From assembly GCA_040754455.1 (NCBI GenBank), contig JBFMCP010000003.1:32001-96000 (forward strand): DNA of 64,000 nucleotides, written 5' to 3'. Each line of letters begins with the position of its first letter. Position 1 is the stretch's first letter. The notes under the pieces were generated by a model that was not told the DNA's origin, made no database searches, and worked only from the letters and a program-made list of their open reading frames with translations. Below, one piece after another: positions 51,704 through 61,508 of this stretch. Made by a program: the position numbers and the translations under genes. The DNA is from Nitrospirota bacterium. Lineage in GTDB: Bacteria > Nitrospirota > Thermodesulfovibrionia > Thermodesulfovibrionales > Dissulfurispiraceae.

Positions 51704-52762
51704 ATGGGAACGCATACCTCTATAATACACCGGCTGCAATCGATGCTCGACCAGGAAAAAGGCAGGCACGCTGCCCGCGCGGTGTCAGTTGCGATCCGGA
51801 TCGAAACGGTTTCGATCGCAAGTGTATTGTCCCGCGAGGACTACAAAGAGAAACCGCCCTTTGACCTGCACGCCCGCTTTCTCGTTTACAACATTTCCAA
51901 AACCTTTACAGCCGCTGCCGTGCTCAGGCTTGCGGCAGCCGAACGATTGCATCTCGATGATCCTTTGTCCCGCCGGCTGCCGGATATCCCGAACGCCTCA
52001 CGCATCACCATTCGCCATTGCCTGCAGCATACGAGCGGTCTGCCGGACTACGGCGCACTGCCGGAATATCACGCTGCAGTCCGCAGAGGAGACAGGCCAT
52101 GGTCGTTTGAGGAATTTATGGAACGGACCAATGCCGGTGAGCTGCTCTTTGCTCCCGGCCAGGGCTGGAGCTATTCCACTATCGGCTACATGGTGCTGCG
52201 CCGGCTCCTTGAGACAGCATGCGGTACGAGCTTTGCTAACCTTCTCCGGTCAGAAATCTTCGAACCGCTCAATCTGAAGAGCACATCGGTGCCTGCACGC
52301 CGTGCCGATCTGCAGGATATTACCTTCGGCCCCAGCGTTTACCTCGGCGGCAATGCGGCCCCGTTAGCGGTGTCCGAAATCTACGACCCGGCATGGCTCC
52401 CCGCAGGCGTCATCGCCTCGACAGCAGCTGAAACCGCTCAATTCTATGATGCCCTCCTTGCGGGCAAACTCTTTCCCCGCGAATTTCTTAATCAGATGTG
52501 TGCAGCAGTCCGTGCTGCTGATGCTCCGGGCCACCCCTCGTTTTATAATCCCGGCTACGGTCTCGGATTGATGATAACAGATTCACCCTGCGGCATGATC
52601 TACGGCCATACTGGTTCAGGTCCCGGCTGCTCTGCCGCTGCGTTTCATTTCAAGAAGAATGGAACATCGATCACGGTCACCATCCTCTCCGATGGCGAGA
52701 ATGTCTTCCAAACAGAGCACATGGCGATACTCGCCTGTACCATGCTCGCTGAGTCGGACTAA
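51704..52762 (+). CDS. beta-lactamase/serine hydrolase fold protein with substituted catalytic motifs
   Basis: KTFTAAAVL, LQHTSGLPDY, FAPGQGWSY, YGLGL, GHTG; but NxxK in place of SxxK and YxT in place of YxN. Confidence 0.8.
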   Translation: MGTHTSIIHRLQSMLDQEKGRHAARAVSVAIRIETVSIASVLSREDYKEKPPFDLHARFLVYNISKTFTAAAVLRLAAAERLHLDDPLSRRLPDIPNASRITIRHCLQHTSGLPDYGALPEYHAAVRRGDRPWSFEEFMERTNAGELLFAPGQGWSYSTIGYMVLRRLLETACGTSFANLLRSEIFEPLNLKSTSVPARRADLQDITFGPSVYLGGNAAPLAVSEIYDPAWLPAGVIASTAAETAQFYDALLAGKLFPREFLNQMCAAVRAADAPGHPSFYNPGYGLGLMITDSPCGMIYGHTGSGPGCSAAAFHFKKNGTSITVTILSDGENVFQTEHMAILACTMLAESD

Positions 52763-52789
52763 GCAGGACCTGCGCACCGTTCGCTTCTA

Positions 52790-52893
52790 CTGAGCAGCAG
52801 TAAGGCAAGGAGATCAATGATAAGCGTCTGCATCCTGTTGATACCGTCCAACATATCGGCAATGATCTCATCTGCATCAGAAGGTAGCCTGAA
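52790..52893 (-). pseudogene. fragment of a histidine kinase DHp helix 2
   Basis: LPSDADEIIADMLDGINRMQTLIIDLLA resembles the pattern LD.DADEFI..AVDGANRMQ.LI.DLLAYSR. Confidence 0.5.
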
Positions 52894-53051
52894 CAACAAC
52901 AGGGTCTATTCACTTTGTACTTAGGTTTTTCGTTTATCTGAAGAGGGCATTCAAAGAAAAAAATTCAAAATCGACTTGAAACATGCATACGCCATTATCG
53001 CCATACAAGATCATTTATCAATTATGCATGACAACAACTCCGCCTTCCTCA

Positions 53052-53219
53052 AAACAGTTCGAAATCGAACTGAAAGATCTCGCTCATCAGACAGTTCATG
53101 ATTGCAAGACCGGCGCCGGAGATCTCGTCGACCACCTCATCGGCCGAACCAATCAGAGCGAGGGGTGTGACACAACCTATGCTTTCGATCGCGCCTTAAA
53201 AAATAGTTCTCTTTTTTTT
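53052..53219 (+). pseudogene. C-terminal half of a PIN/VapC toxin
   Basis: KQFEIELKDLAHQTVHDCKTGAGDLVDHLIGRTNQSEGCDTTYAFDRALKNSSLF matches the VapC pattern GDFAD.LIG....AGC..T.TFD; no N-terminal LDTN. Confidence 0.6.
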
Positions 53220-53563
53220 CATTGCTTTAATACAGGCATGAAGATCAGAAAACGACTGGTCAGCTTCTGTGATATGGACGTAATGATTTGCCGTTGGAAA
53301 AGGGACGCAAAAGTTGCGCTGCGGCAGACAGTAAATCCCAGTGATAAAAATTGGTGGCAGTGCAGGGAGACGTATGTACCACTTTGTGCCTACTCCAGCT
53401 CACGGTAACACTTTGATTCTTATACCACTGACTCTCGTTCCAACTGTGAGTACGGCCAAATTTGTGATACAAACTGTGTCACAGTTTTTTTCAGTTTAAC
53501 CGGTTACACCGCCACCGTGTTAAGAGGCCGCTGCGACCTGTTTGACAACCTGCTTACCGCAGA

Positions 53564-53592
53564 TTGAAAATTATAACGTTATGAGTTATACT
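53564..53592 (+). promoter_or_regulatory. higBA sigma70 promoter with overlapping operator palindrome
   Basis: TTGAAA-N17-TATACT; TATAAC-N7-GTTATA (53572-53590); ATG 7 nt after the -10. Confidence 0.75.
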
Positions 53593-53599
53593 GTAACTG

Positions 53600-53881
53600 A
53601 TGATAGCGACCTTCGGAGACAAGGAAACGGAGCATCTTTATGTTACCGGTAAAAGCAGAAGGTTTCCTACTGCGGTATGTAAAGCAGGGCTACGGAAGCT
53701 CGATTATCTTAACTCGGCAACGCGCTTGGAAGATCTGAGGGTTCCACCAGGCAATTGTCTGGAAGCATTGAAAGGCAGCTATAAGGGATTTTACAGCATC
53801 AGAATCAACGACCAGTTCAGGATCGTCTTTCGGTTTGAGAATGCTGATGCTTACGATGTAAAAATCGAGGATTCTCATTAA
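53600..53881 (+). CDS. higB: HigB (RelE-like) toxin
   Basis: MIATFGDKETE..., DLRVPPGN.LE.LKG, YSIRINDQFRIVFRF. Confidence 0.92.
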   Translation: MIATFGDKETEHLYVTGKSRRFPTAVCKAGLRKLDYLNSATRLEDLRVPPGNCLEALKGSYKGFYSIRINDQFRIVFRFENADAYDVKIEDSH

Positions 53882-53894
53882 ACGCGAGGGCATT

Positions 53895-54212
53895 ATGATT
53901 GAAATCAAGAGAGAGCCGACGCATCCGGGGGAAATTCTTCAGGAGGAGTTCATCGCCCCTCTCGGGCTGACCCAGGCAGGACTTGCGGAAAAACTTAAGA
54001 CTACCTTCAGGACAGTCAACGAGATCGTTAACAAAAAGCGAAGCGTGAGCCCTGAAATGGCATTGAAGCTTGCAAAGCTCTTTGGAACATCACCGGAACT
54101 ATGGCTCAATCTTCAGAGCCAATATGACCTCTGGAAAGCAAAAGAAAAAGAGAAAGCCATTCTAGCCTCTATAAAGCCGCTAAAGCAGAGCGTTGCGACG
54201 TGCCGAAATTAA
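53895..54212 (+). CDS. higA: HigA antitoxin (HTH-XRE)
   Basis: PTHPGEILQEEF, MALKLAKLFGTSPELWLNLQ..YDLW. Confidence 0.93.
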   Translation: MIEIKREPTHPGEILQEEFIAPLGLTQAGLAEKLKTTFRTVNEIVNKKRSVSPEMALKLAKLFGTSPELWLNLQSQYDLWKAKEKEKAILASIKPLKQSVATCRN

Positions 54213-54334
54213 AGTCACTTCCTGTTGTCATGATGTCCGGAAAGCCAGGAGTTCGCCTCTTACGGGCAACTAAGCGGTTGGGAGCCCTTTATTTCCTTGT
54301 GAAACCATTCAGCACAGACGAGTTTCTTACTTAA
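54200..54334 (+). pseudogene. C-terminal half of a response-regulator receiver domain
   Basis: PKLKSLPVVMMSG...KRLGALYFLVKPFSTDEFL (beta4 to alpha5 with KPF); 5' half missing. Confidence 0.65.
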
Positions 54335-54584
54335 TGAATGACCTTGAAGTGAGCGAATTTATGATCAGGCCTCAATTTGGCGTACCAGGTAGATTCCATG
54401 AGGGACTGACGGCGGTTGGTTGGAGGGATAACAGAACATCCTCGCCTGCAATTCATCCCAAAGAAATGCGAGCATTATCCTTTAGAGGAAGTCGAAGAGC
54501 CTAGGTACAGAAGGCTTTAGCTATCTCAAAAGGAAGCATAAGCTGTGCGAAGCGGCCAACTTATGGGTGGAGTGACACAAAAAT

Positions 54585-54661
54585 TGGTGGCGGTGCAGGG
54601 AATCGAACCCCGGACACTGCGAATATGAGTCGCATGCTCTAACCAGCTGAGCTACACCGCC
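54585..54661 (-). tRNA. tRNA-Met (CAT), elongator type
   Basis: GGCGGTGTAGCTCAGCTGGTTAGAGCATGCGACTCATATTCGCAGTGTCCGGGGTTCGATTCCCTGCACCGCCACCA; cloverleaf, paired 1:72, encoded CCA. Ile2 identity not fully excluded. Confidence 0.93.
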
Positions 54662-54745
54662 TCGATAGCCGTTCTGAACTTATTATTATAGCAGACCGGC
54701 AAAAACGATAGCAATAATGGCAAGGAGCCAGACAGAAGACAGATA

Positions 54746-55510
54746 TCAGTAATGGCCGCTGATGAGCACGGCCTTCACCGAGCCGACGGCGACCTTGGTC
54801 TTGAGCATAACGGGAATGCGCCGCTTGTCGTCGGTAAGCCAGATAAGGATATCGCCTCGTCGGGAAAAAGTGCCTTCCGATTTGATGAGCGGCTTTATGA
54901 GAATAGTGTTGACCGCTCCTGCCGGCGTTTCGACGACCTCCTTCCTCAGGACCTGAATCTCTGTCTTATAGATCTTTTTACTGTCCACCACGTCAATGTA
55001 GACCGGCTTGCCCACCTCGAGGGGGAGCGTCCTTATATAATAAAAGCTCGAGAGCGGGTCCAGCACCTGGCCTTTCAGTGAGTACTGCCTTTTCTCCTTG
55101 TCGAGGTGGTTTATATAGGTCACTTTCTTTGCCGACTGGTCGATGATAAGCTCCTTGTCCCTGCGGTACCTCCCTTCTCTCAGTCTGATCCTGTAATTGT
55201 AGGGGACTCCTACAAAATGCTTGAATATCCCTGCAGAAGGCCCCTGCGTGAGCGTACTTACCACGAGATCATCCACTTTGTAAAAGAGAGAGACCCAGCC
55301 CGCGGAGCTTGCCTTTGATATGAATTGAAGAGCGGTGCCGCTGTTTTTTATTTCCAGAACAGCTTCTCCGGCCTTGATGCCTCCCCAGGTAAGGTCATAG
55401 CGCAGCACTTCGGGCACGGTAAGGGCATGGGAGGCGGAAACGGTGAGAACAAATGCTGCAACGGTGGCAATGCCGATGGCTTTACCGATTATCGAATGGT
55501 ATTTGCTCAT
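54746..55510 (-). CDS. DUF3108 family exported protein
   Basis: E.L.Y.L.W.GI.AG.A, DPLSSFYY.R, E.VETPAG, IWLTDDKRRIPV. Confidence 0.82.
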   Translation of the reverse strand: MSKYHSIIGKAIGIATVAAFVLTVSASHALTVPEVLRYDLTWGGIKAGEAVLEIKNSGTALQFISKASSAGWVSLFYKVDDLVVSTLTQGPSAGIFKHFVGVPYNYRIRLREGRYRRDKELIIDQSAKKVTYINHLDKEKRQYSLKGQVLDPLSSFYYIRTLPLEVGKPVYIDVVDSKKIYKTEIQVLRKEVVETPAGAVNTILIKPLIKSEGTFSRRGDILIWLTDDKRRIPVMLKTKVAVGSVKAVLISGHY

Positions 55511-55573
55511 TATAGTGCATAAAAGAGAGGGCTTTTTCTCGTCGACCGCTCTTTCATTATGTTATATTAATCT

Positions 55574-56296
55574 ATGTTGGTAATTCCAGCCATAGACCTG
55601 AAGGGCGGCCTGTGTGTCAGGCTCCTCCAGGGGAGGAAGGAAGACGCTACCGTCTATTCCGATGACCCCGCCGCAACCGCCCGGAAGTGGGAATCCTACG
55701 GAGCAAAGCTCCTGCACGTGGTCGACCTCGACGGCGCCTTTACCGGAGATCAGAAGAATCTCGAGAGCATCCAGAGGATCAGAGGGGCTGTGTCAATGGG
55801 AATTGAAGTGGGCGGCGGCATACGGGATATGCAGCGGATCGATACGCTTATCGGGCTCGGCATCGATAGAGTAATCCTCGGCACCGTCGCCGTCGAGAAT
55901 CCCGAGCTGGTGCAGATGGCCTGCACAAAATATCCCGGGAGGGTGCTGGTCGGCATTGATGCGAAGAACGGCCTCGTCGCAGTAAAGGGATGGGTTGAGG
56001 TTACCCAGGTCTCGGCAAAGGAACTTGCCCTCAGGATGCAGGGATATGGCGCCGCAGGAATCATTTACACCGATATTGCAAAAGACGGCATGATGACCGG
56101 GCCGAATATCGAGGGCACCCGCGAGATGGTTGAGACCCTCCGCATTCCTGTTATCGCGTCAGGCGGAATTTCATCCCTCGATGATATTAAAAAACTGTTG
56201 CAAATACAGGGGCTGTGGGGCGCGATTACCGGCAAGGCGCTCTACTCGGGCTCACTCGACTTAGGCGAAGCAATAAAGCTCACGACAGGCGGTTAG
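55574..56296 (+). CDS. hisA: ProFAR isomerase
   Basis: [39 protein letters not shown]. Confidence 0.96.
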   Translation: MLVIPAIDLKGGLCVRLLQGRKEDATVYSDDPAATARKWESYGAKLLHVVDLDGAFTGDQKNLESIQRIRGAVSMGIEVGGGIRDMQRIDTLIGLGIDRVILGTVAVENPELVQMACTKYPGRVLVGIDAKNGLVAVKGWVEVTQVSAKELALRMQGYGAAGIIYTDIAKDGMMTGPNIEGTREMVETLRIPVIASGGISSLDDIKKLLQIQGLWGAITGKALYSGSLDLGEAIKLTTGG

Positions 56297-56300
56297 TAGT

Positions 56301-57158
56301 ATGTTGGCGAAAAGAATTATTCCCTGCCTCGATGTGCGGGACGGCCGTGTGGTGAAGGGCGTCAATTTCGTGAATATCAGGGATGCGGGAGATCCGGTCG
56401 AGAATGCCATCTACTATGACGAGCAGGGCGCTGACGAGCTGGTGTTCCTCGATATCACCGCTTCCCATGAAAAGAGAAAGATCATCCTCGATGTTGTGGA
56501 GAAGACGGCAACCGACGTCTTCATGCCCTTGACCGTAGGCGGCGGTATTAAAGGCCTCGATGATATCAGGGATCTGCTCAATGCCGGATGCGACAAGGTC
56601 TCTATCAATACCACGGCGGTGAACGATCCTGAATTCATCAGAAGAGGGGCCGAACGTTTCGGCAGCCAGTGTATCGTGGTTGCCATCGATGCAAAACGAG
56701 TCCATGATTCGCGATTCGAAATCGACCGGTCGCGAGAAGTGCCCCCGTGGCTTAAAGATGCTCGGAATGCGCTCAAGGAGCGGCTGCTGATCACCGATCC
56801 ATCCCGAAAATCCTGGGAGGTTTATACGCATGGCGGCAGGAAACCAAAGGGAATCAACGCGGTACAGTGGGCGCGGTACATGGAAGAGCTGGGAGCCGGC
56901 GAAATTCTCCTTACGAGCATGGACAGGGACGGCACAAAGGACGGCTACGATCTGGAGCTTACCAGGGCGATCTCCGAAGCGGTCTCGATCCCGGTGATCG
57001 CCTCCGGGGGTGTCGGTAATCTCGAGCACCTCTATGAAGGCATTGTTGAAGGAAAGGCGGATGCAGCTCTGGCTGCCTCGATCTTCCACTACCGGGAATA
57101 TACCATCAGAGAGGCGAAGGAGTATCTCAGGTCAAAGGGCGTACCGGTCAGGCTTTAG
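56301..57158 (+). CDS. hisF: imidazole glycerol phosphate synthase subunit with a ~30-aa insertion
   Basis: [36 protein letters not shown]. Confidence 0.96.
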   Translation: MLAKRIIPCLDVRDGRVVKGVNFVNIRDAGDPVENAIYYDEQGADELVFLDITASHEKRKIILDVVEKTATDVFMPLTVGGGIKGLDDIRDLLNAGCDKVSINTTAVNDPEFIRRGAERFGSQCIVVAIDAKRVHDSRFEIDRSREVPPWLKDARNALKERLLITDPSRKSWEVYTHGGRKPKGINAVQWARYMEELGAGEILLTSMDRDGTKDGYDLELTRAISEAVSIPVIASGGVGNLEHLYEGIVEGKADAALAASIFHYREYTIREAKEYLRSKGVPVRL

Positions 57159-57541
57159 AGCTTCAATACTGCCTTTATCTTGCTGCTCAGCAGATCAATC
57201 GTGAGCGGCTTTATGACGTAATCAGTGACTCCCAGCTCCTTGGCCTCGAGAATCGCTTCCCTCTCTCTCTTTGCCGTCACCATTATGAAAGGCATTGCGC
57301 TTATGGCAGAGGAGTGGTGATTTCTCATCCAGCGCAGCAGCTCGTTGCCCTTGATATCGGGCATCTCCCAGTCGCAGAGGATAAGATCAGGGGGAGCAAT
57401 CTCCATCTTCTTTTGAGCATCCGCACCGTTGTTCGCAACATCTACCTCGATATCTGGAAAAATCTTTCTAATAAAGCTTACAATCATATCTCTCATAAAG
57501 AGCATGTCTTCAACAACGAGAACTCTATACTTCTTTTTCAT
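57155..57541 (-). CDS. single-domain response regulator
   Basis: VVED, CDWEMP, MVTA, IKP. Confidence 0.92.
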   Translation of the reverse strand: MKKKYRVLVVEDMLFMRDMIVSFIRKIFPDIEVDVANNGADAQKKMEIAPPDLILCDWEMPDIKGNELLRWMRNHHSSAISAMPFIMVTAKREREAILEAKELGVTDYVIKPLTIDLLSSKIKAVLKL

Positions 57542-57579
57542 CCCTCTCCTCCCGGTCCATGTCGCACTTCATTATGAGA

Positions 57580-60177
57580 TCACTGTTTCAGAATCGATTG
57601 TATCCCCTGCTCAACTTCTTTGAGAGCGACTGAAAATGATTCATAAAGCACCTTGGCGTTATCCCACTCCCCTGCTTTGGCTGCCTGCTCAATCTGCATG
57701 CTTATGTGCGCTGCTCTGTCGGCAGCTATGTTGGCGCTCGCCCCTTTGATCGAATGGGCCCGTGCTGCCGCTGTCACGCTGTCACGCCGCTCAAGGGCAT
57801 CCTCCATTTCTTTGCACAGGGGAAGGACTGAAGATAAATAGAGCTGCAGGAGTCGCTGTATAAGCTCCCTGTCGCTCCCGAACATCTCGTACAGCTGATC
57901 GGTATTAATGGGTCGCCCTGCAGGGCTGCCGGGGATCTGTTCATTTTTTGCGGCACACGGCTTTTTCTCATGCTGTCCTGCTGCAGCAGTCCTCTGTTTG
58001 GTCCAGCGACTAATGACTTCTCTCAAGCGATCAGGGTGGACCGGTTTGCTGATGTAGTCATCCATCCCGGCAGCAAGGCATCGCTCACGGTCGCCTTGCA
58101 GGGCATGAGCCGTCATTGCGATGACGGGAACACGGCGGCCTCCGACGCCTTCAGCTGCTCGAATCGCTTTCGTAGCCTCAAACCCGTCCATCTCGGGCAT
58201 CTGACAATCCATAAGGACGATGTCATAGGACTTTTTCTGTAATTCATCGAGCGCCTCCTTTCCGTTGGCTGCAATGACGACCGTACAGCCGAGGGTCTCC
58301 AGTATGTGGCGCGCCACTTCCTGATTGACGAGATTGTCTTCGGCAACAAGCACCCTGAGAGGAGCGACAGTTGTCCCCCGCAGTTCTCCCTGGAGCATAT
58401 GCCCTTCTGCCTGTCCGTCGTTCTCCACCACATCGGTAGTGGCGAGCGCCTGATAAAGCTGCCGCAGGCGGAGCGGCTTATAGAGATAGCTCGCAATAGT
58501 GCCGCTCTGGCGCAGCTGTTTACAGCGGTCAAAAGAGCTCGACGAGGCCAACAGTATCACCTTAACAGGGGAGAGAAGAGGGTCTGATGTGATAAGGTCG
58601 ACCAGCTCGAAGCCGCTCATATCCTGCATTTGTGCATCAATGATCGCATAATCGTACCGCTTGCCGCTCTGTCCGGCTTTTCGCAGCAGCTCCAATCCCT
58701 GACGTCCGCTCTCTGCACTCTCGGCTATAGCCCCCTGCGAGGTCACCGCAGTGCGCAGCAGGGCACACAGCGCTGCATTGTCGTCGACAATCAGCAGACG
58801 CTTCCCTTTTGGCAGAGAGGGAAAGGCCGGCGGTTCCTTCGGCTGTTTTTCGAGACGGACGGTAAACCAGACGGTAGTTCCCTTGCCGGGCTCACTCTCC
58901 ATGCCGATCTTCCCCCCGAACATCTCGACAAGCTGCTTTGAAATGGTGAGACCCAATCCCGTTCCTCCGTATTTCCGCGTCGTTGAACCGTCTGCCTGGG
59001 TAAAGGGCTGGAACAGCTTGCTGCATTTCTCCGGGGCAATACCGATGCCCGTGTCAGCAATCTCACACCGCAGAAGAACGGACCGTTCGGTTTCTTCAGC
59101 ACGGCTTACCACAATCGTAACCTCTCCCCGCTCGGTAAACTTGATCGCATTGCTCACAAGATTGGTGATGATCTGCTGCAGGCGCACGGGGTCGCCGCAC
59201 AGCGCTGTCGGAACATCGGGCGGAATGTAGTACAGCAGATCGAGGTTCTTCTTGCTCACCAGTTCGGTAAAAATATCGGCGATATTCTCCATAATCACAT
59301 GCAGGTCGAAATCAATATGCTCAAGCTTGAGCTTGCCTGCCTCGATCTTCGAAAAATCGAGTATGTCGTTGATGATCTCGAGGAGTACCTCGCCGGAAGT
59401 GCGAATCGTCATCGCGAAGTTCTGCTGAATATCGGAAAGCTCCGTGTTCATCAGCAAATGGGTCATGCCGATAATGCCGTTCAACGGTGTTCGTATCTCA
59501 TGGCTCATATTGGCAAGAAATTGGGACTTTGCTTCATTCGCAACCTCTGCTTGCTCTCTCGCCTTTTGAAGCTCCTGCGTCCGCTTCTGGACCTCCCGCT
59601 CGAGGTCCAGATTTTGATTCCGCAGAAGTCCGTACAGCTCCGAGCTCTCGATCAGATAGGCGACATTGCGGAGCGTTATGGAGAGGATGTACAGGGAGGG
59701 ATCATTGACCCGGAATTCACTATCTTTCACAATGCCGCAGAACATTCCCCTGATCCTCAATTTTGTCGAGATCACATGAAGCACCAGCGAGCAGCCGGGG
59801 CGTTGTGAGGGGACAATGACCGGACGGTTCTGGTTCAGCGCCCAGGCAAAGGTCCCGTCCTTGATTTTAGCGTCCACCTCTTCCTGAACAGACGCCTTTT
59901 CCGATGCAGGAATGCAGTCCGCCATAGCAAAATCGGAGCTCGTCTCGTCGAGGGTAAAAAAGGCAATGGTCTGGAAGGGAAGGACCCTCAGCAACTGTTC
60001 GTGCGCTGCCTTGATAATAGAGGGGATATCGCTGTCCTGCGCAATGCCCGACTGAAAATCACCGCTCGAGGTGATCATCTCGAGGGCATCGAGCAGGCGG
60101 CGGTTCACTGCTTCAAGGTGATCGCAGCGGGTCCGGAGGACCTCCATATGGCTCATATCATTCGGGATATCGCTCAT
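57580..60177 (-). CDS. hybrid histidine kinase (GAF-like, HisKA, HATPase, 2xREC, HPt)
   Basis: [39 protein letters not shown] overlap with the HDOD gene places the start at 60177. Confidence 0.93.
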   Translation of the reverse strand: MSDIPNDMSHMEVLRTRCDHLEAVNRRLLDALEMITSSGDFQSGIAQDSDIPSIIKAAHEQLLRVLPFQTIAFFTLDETSSDFAMADCIPASEKASVQEEVDAKIKDGTFAWALNQNRPVIVPSQRPGCSLVLHVISTKLRIRGMFCGIVKDSEFRVNDPSLYILSITLRNVAYLIESSELYGLLRNQNLDLEREVQKRTQELQKAREQAEVANEAKSQFLANMSHEIRTPLNGIIGMTHLLMNTELSDIQQNFAMTIRTSGEVLLEIINDILDFSKIEAGKLKLEHIDFDLHVIMENIADIFTELVSKKNLDLLYYIPPDVPTALCGDPVRLQQIITNLVSNAIKFTERGEVTIVVSRAEETERSVLLRCEIADTGIGIAPEKCSKLFQPFTQADGSTTRKYGGTGLGLTISKQLVEMFGGKIGMESEPGKGTTVWFTVRLEKQPKEPPAFPSLPKGKRLLIVDDNAALCALLRTAVTSQGAIAESAESGRQGLELLRKAGQSGKRYDYAIIDAQMQDMSGFELVDLITSDPLLSPVKVILLASSSSFDRCKQLRQSGTIASYLYKPLRLRQLYQALATTDVVENDGQAEGHMLQGELRGTTVAPLRVLVAEDNLVNQEVARHILETLGCTVVIAANGKEALDELQKKSYDIVLMDCQMPEMDGFEATKAIRAAEGVGGRRVPVIAMTAHALQGDRERCLAAGMDDYISKPVHPDRLREVISRWTKQRTAAAGQHEKKPCAAKNEQIPGSPAGRPINTDQLYEMFGSDRELIQRLLQLYLSSVLPLCKEMEDALERRDSVTAAARAHSIKGASANIAADRAAHISMQIEQAAKAGEWDNAKVLYESFSVALKEVEQGIQSILKQ

Positions 60178-61031
60178 TGTTGCGGCTCTGTATGGATGAG
60201 TTGGATTGCGGCGACAAACTGCCTCTCCGCCTGATCGATCGTAGGGGCCAACTGGCTCGGAGAGAGGGCAAGCTTCTCCCATGCTTTTGCATCGAGCGGC
60301 GGCATGCTTGCCTCTCCGCTGCTCCCCAGTTGAAGGGCGTGCGCAATAATATCAGCAACATGCACCGCTGCCGCTTCTGCAGGGAAATGTTTTGCACGTG
60401 ATGGTGCATGGTGCGTAGCGACCATTTCGATCAGACTGAGCGGCAGTTTCCATTCTTTCAACAAGTGCTCTCCCACATCAGCATGATCAAATCCTATGAC
60501 CTCACGCTCTGCCTTGTAAAGAATCTCTTTGCGCTCCTTGCAGCGAACCAGCGCCTCCCGTGCGGCATCGGGGAGCTTGGTATAAATGACCAGTCGCCCG
60601 ATATCATGCAGGATGCCGGCCACAAAGAAGCGCTCCACATTCGCTTCGCGCCGGTAAATGGCCAGTATGCGGGCGATGACGCCGGAGGCAATGCTGTGGT
60701 ACCAGAACGCTTCCATGGTGATGAGGTCTTTGGGTATGCCCTTGAACATGTTCATGACCGATGTTGCCAGGACAAGGTCGAGGATCTGCTGGGTCCCGAT
60801 GACGGTTACCGCTTTGGTAATGGTCTCTATTTTCGAGGGGAAGGCGTAAAACGGGCTGTTTGCCAATCTGAGCAGGCGCGCTGTCAGACCCTGGTCCTCG
60901 CCGATGATCTTTCCAATATCCATAACGGAACTGTATGGATTGTTCACCACCTCGTTCAATCTCAAGGCAACCATCGGCAGCGACGAGACCTGAACATCCC
61001 CTTTTACAAGATCAGCGGGCTTCGCTGTCAT
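60174..61031 (-). CDS. HDOD domain protein
   Basis: [40 protein letters not shown]. Confidence 0.93.
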   Translation of the reverse strand: MTAKPADLVKGDVQVSSLPMVALRLNEVVNNPYSSVMDIGKIIGEDQGLTARLLRLANSPFYAFPSKIETITKAVTVIGTQQILDLVLATSVMNMFKGIPKDLITMEAFWYHSIASGVIARILAIYRREANVERFFVAGILHDIGRLVIYTKLPDAAREALVRCKERKEILYKAEREVIGFDHADVGEHLLKEWKLPLSLIEMVATHHAPSRAKHFPAEAAAVHVADIIAHALQLGSSGEASMPPLDAKAWEKLALSPSQLAPTIDQAERQFVAAIQLIHTEPQQ

Positions 61032-61375
61032 TGGCCTCCCTTTCCGGCGAGGCGGCGGATTTTCCTCAGCGTACAGAAACGGAACAGCTCTTTGATGGCG
61101 GGGTGATGGCGATCATTATGGCGGAAGAGATCATTGAGCTCGACATCTATATTTCGGAGGACCTGAGGGTCGACATTTTCAGTAGGATCCGGGACGACTT
61201 GCTCTTCGGTGATGCCGTGAATATCGACCTCGGTAATCCCCCACGTCCTGAAAATATGGAGATGCCTCTCTGTAATTTCGATGCCTGCGTTCAACAGGAG
61301 CCGGCCGTTGCGATCCTTGACATCGCTGTTGAGCTTCATCCCGGGCTTCACATAATCGATACCGATAGTCGCCAT
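61028..61375 (-). CDS. small hypothetical protein, translationally coupled to the HDOD gene
   Basis: VKPGM.L..DV.D.NGRLLL.AG.EIT..H...F.TWGI motif, resembling N-terminal domains of HD-GYP/HDOD proteins. Confidence 0.8.
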   Translation of the reverse strand: MATIGIDYVKPGMKLNSDVKDRNGRLLLNAGIEITERHLHIFRTWGITEVDIHGITEEQVVPDPTENVDPQVLRNIDVELNDLFRHNDRHHPAIKELFRFCTLRKIRRLAGKGGQ

Positions 61376-61508
61376 TTTTAATATCGTTGGATTTCAACAC
61401 GCCTCTTCCACAAAGTTGCCCTGTCATACAGAGGGAGTGGAAGTTTTTTACTTTTTATCGGATTTTTTCGGAAAAACTATAGAGCGGGTAAGAACTACAC
61501 GTGCGCAC

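Larger units (their letters stand above)
53346..54601. mobile_element. integrase-less islet bounded by a 23-bp tRNA-Met 3'-end direct repeat
   Basis: AAAAATTGGTGGCAGTGCAGGGA (53346-53368) vs AAAAATTGGTGGCGGTGCAGGGA (54579-54601), 1 mismatch. Confidence 0.75.

Noticed and set aside
53285..53330. c-di-GMP-I (GEMM) riboswitch suggested by GGAAAAGGGACGCAAAAG
   Set aside because: No upstream GGCAAAC/P2 stem and no convincing P3.
52983..53408. 141-aa ORF as an intact gene
   Set aside because: It runs through the att repeat, and only its middle resembles a protein family (VapC fragment); likely a chance fusion.
54505..54575. Possible integrase C-terminal remnant (TEGFSYLKRKHKLCEAANL) next to the att site
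   Set aside because: Only a vague resemblance to T..Y.HL...H...AV; no catalytic motifs upstream. It would need a blastx hit.
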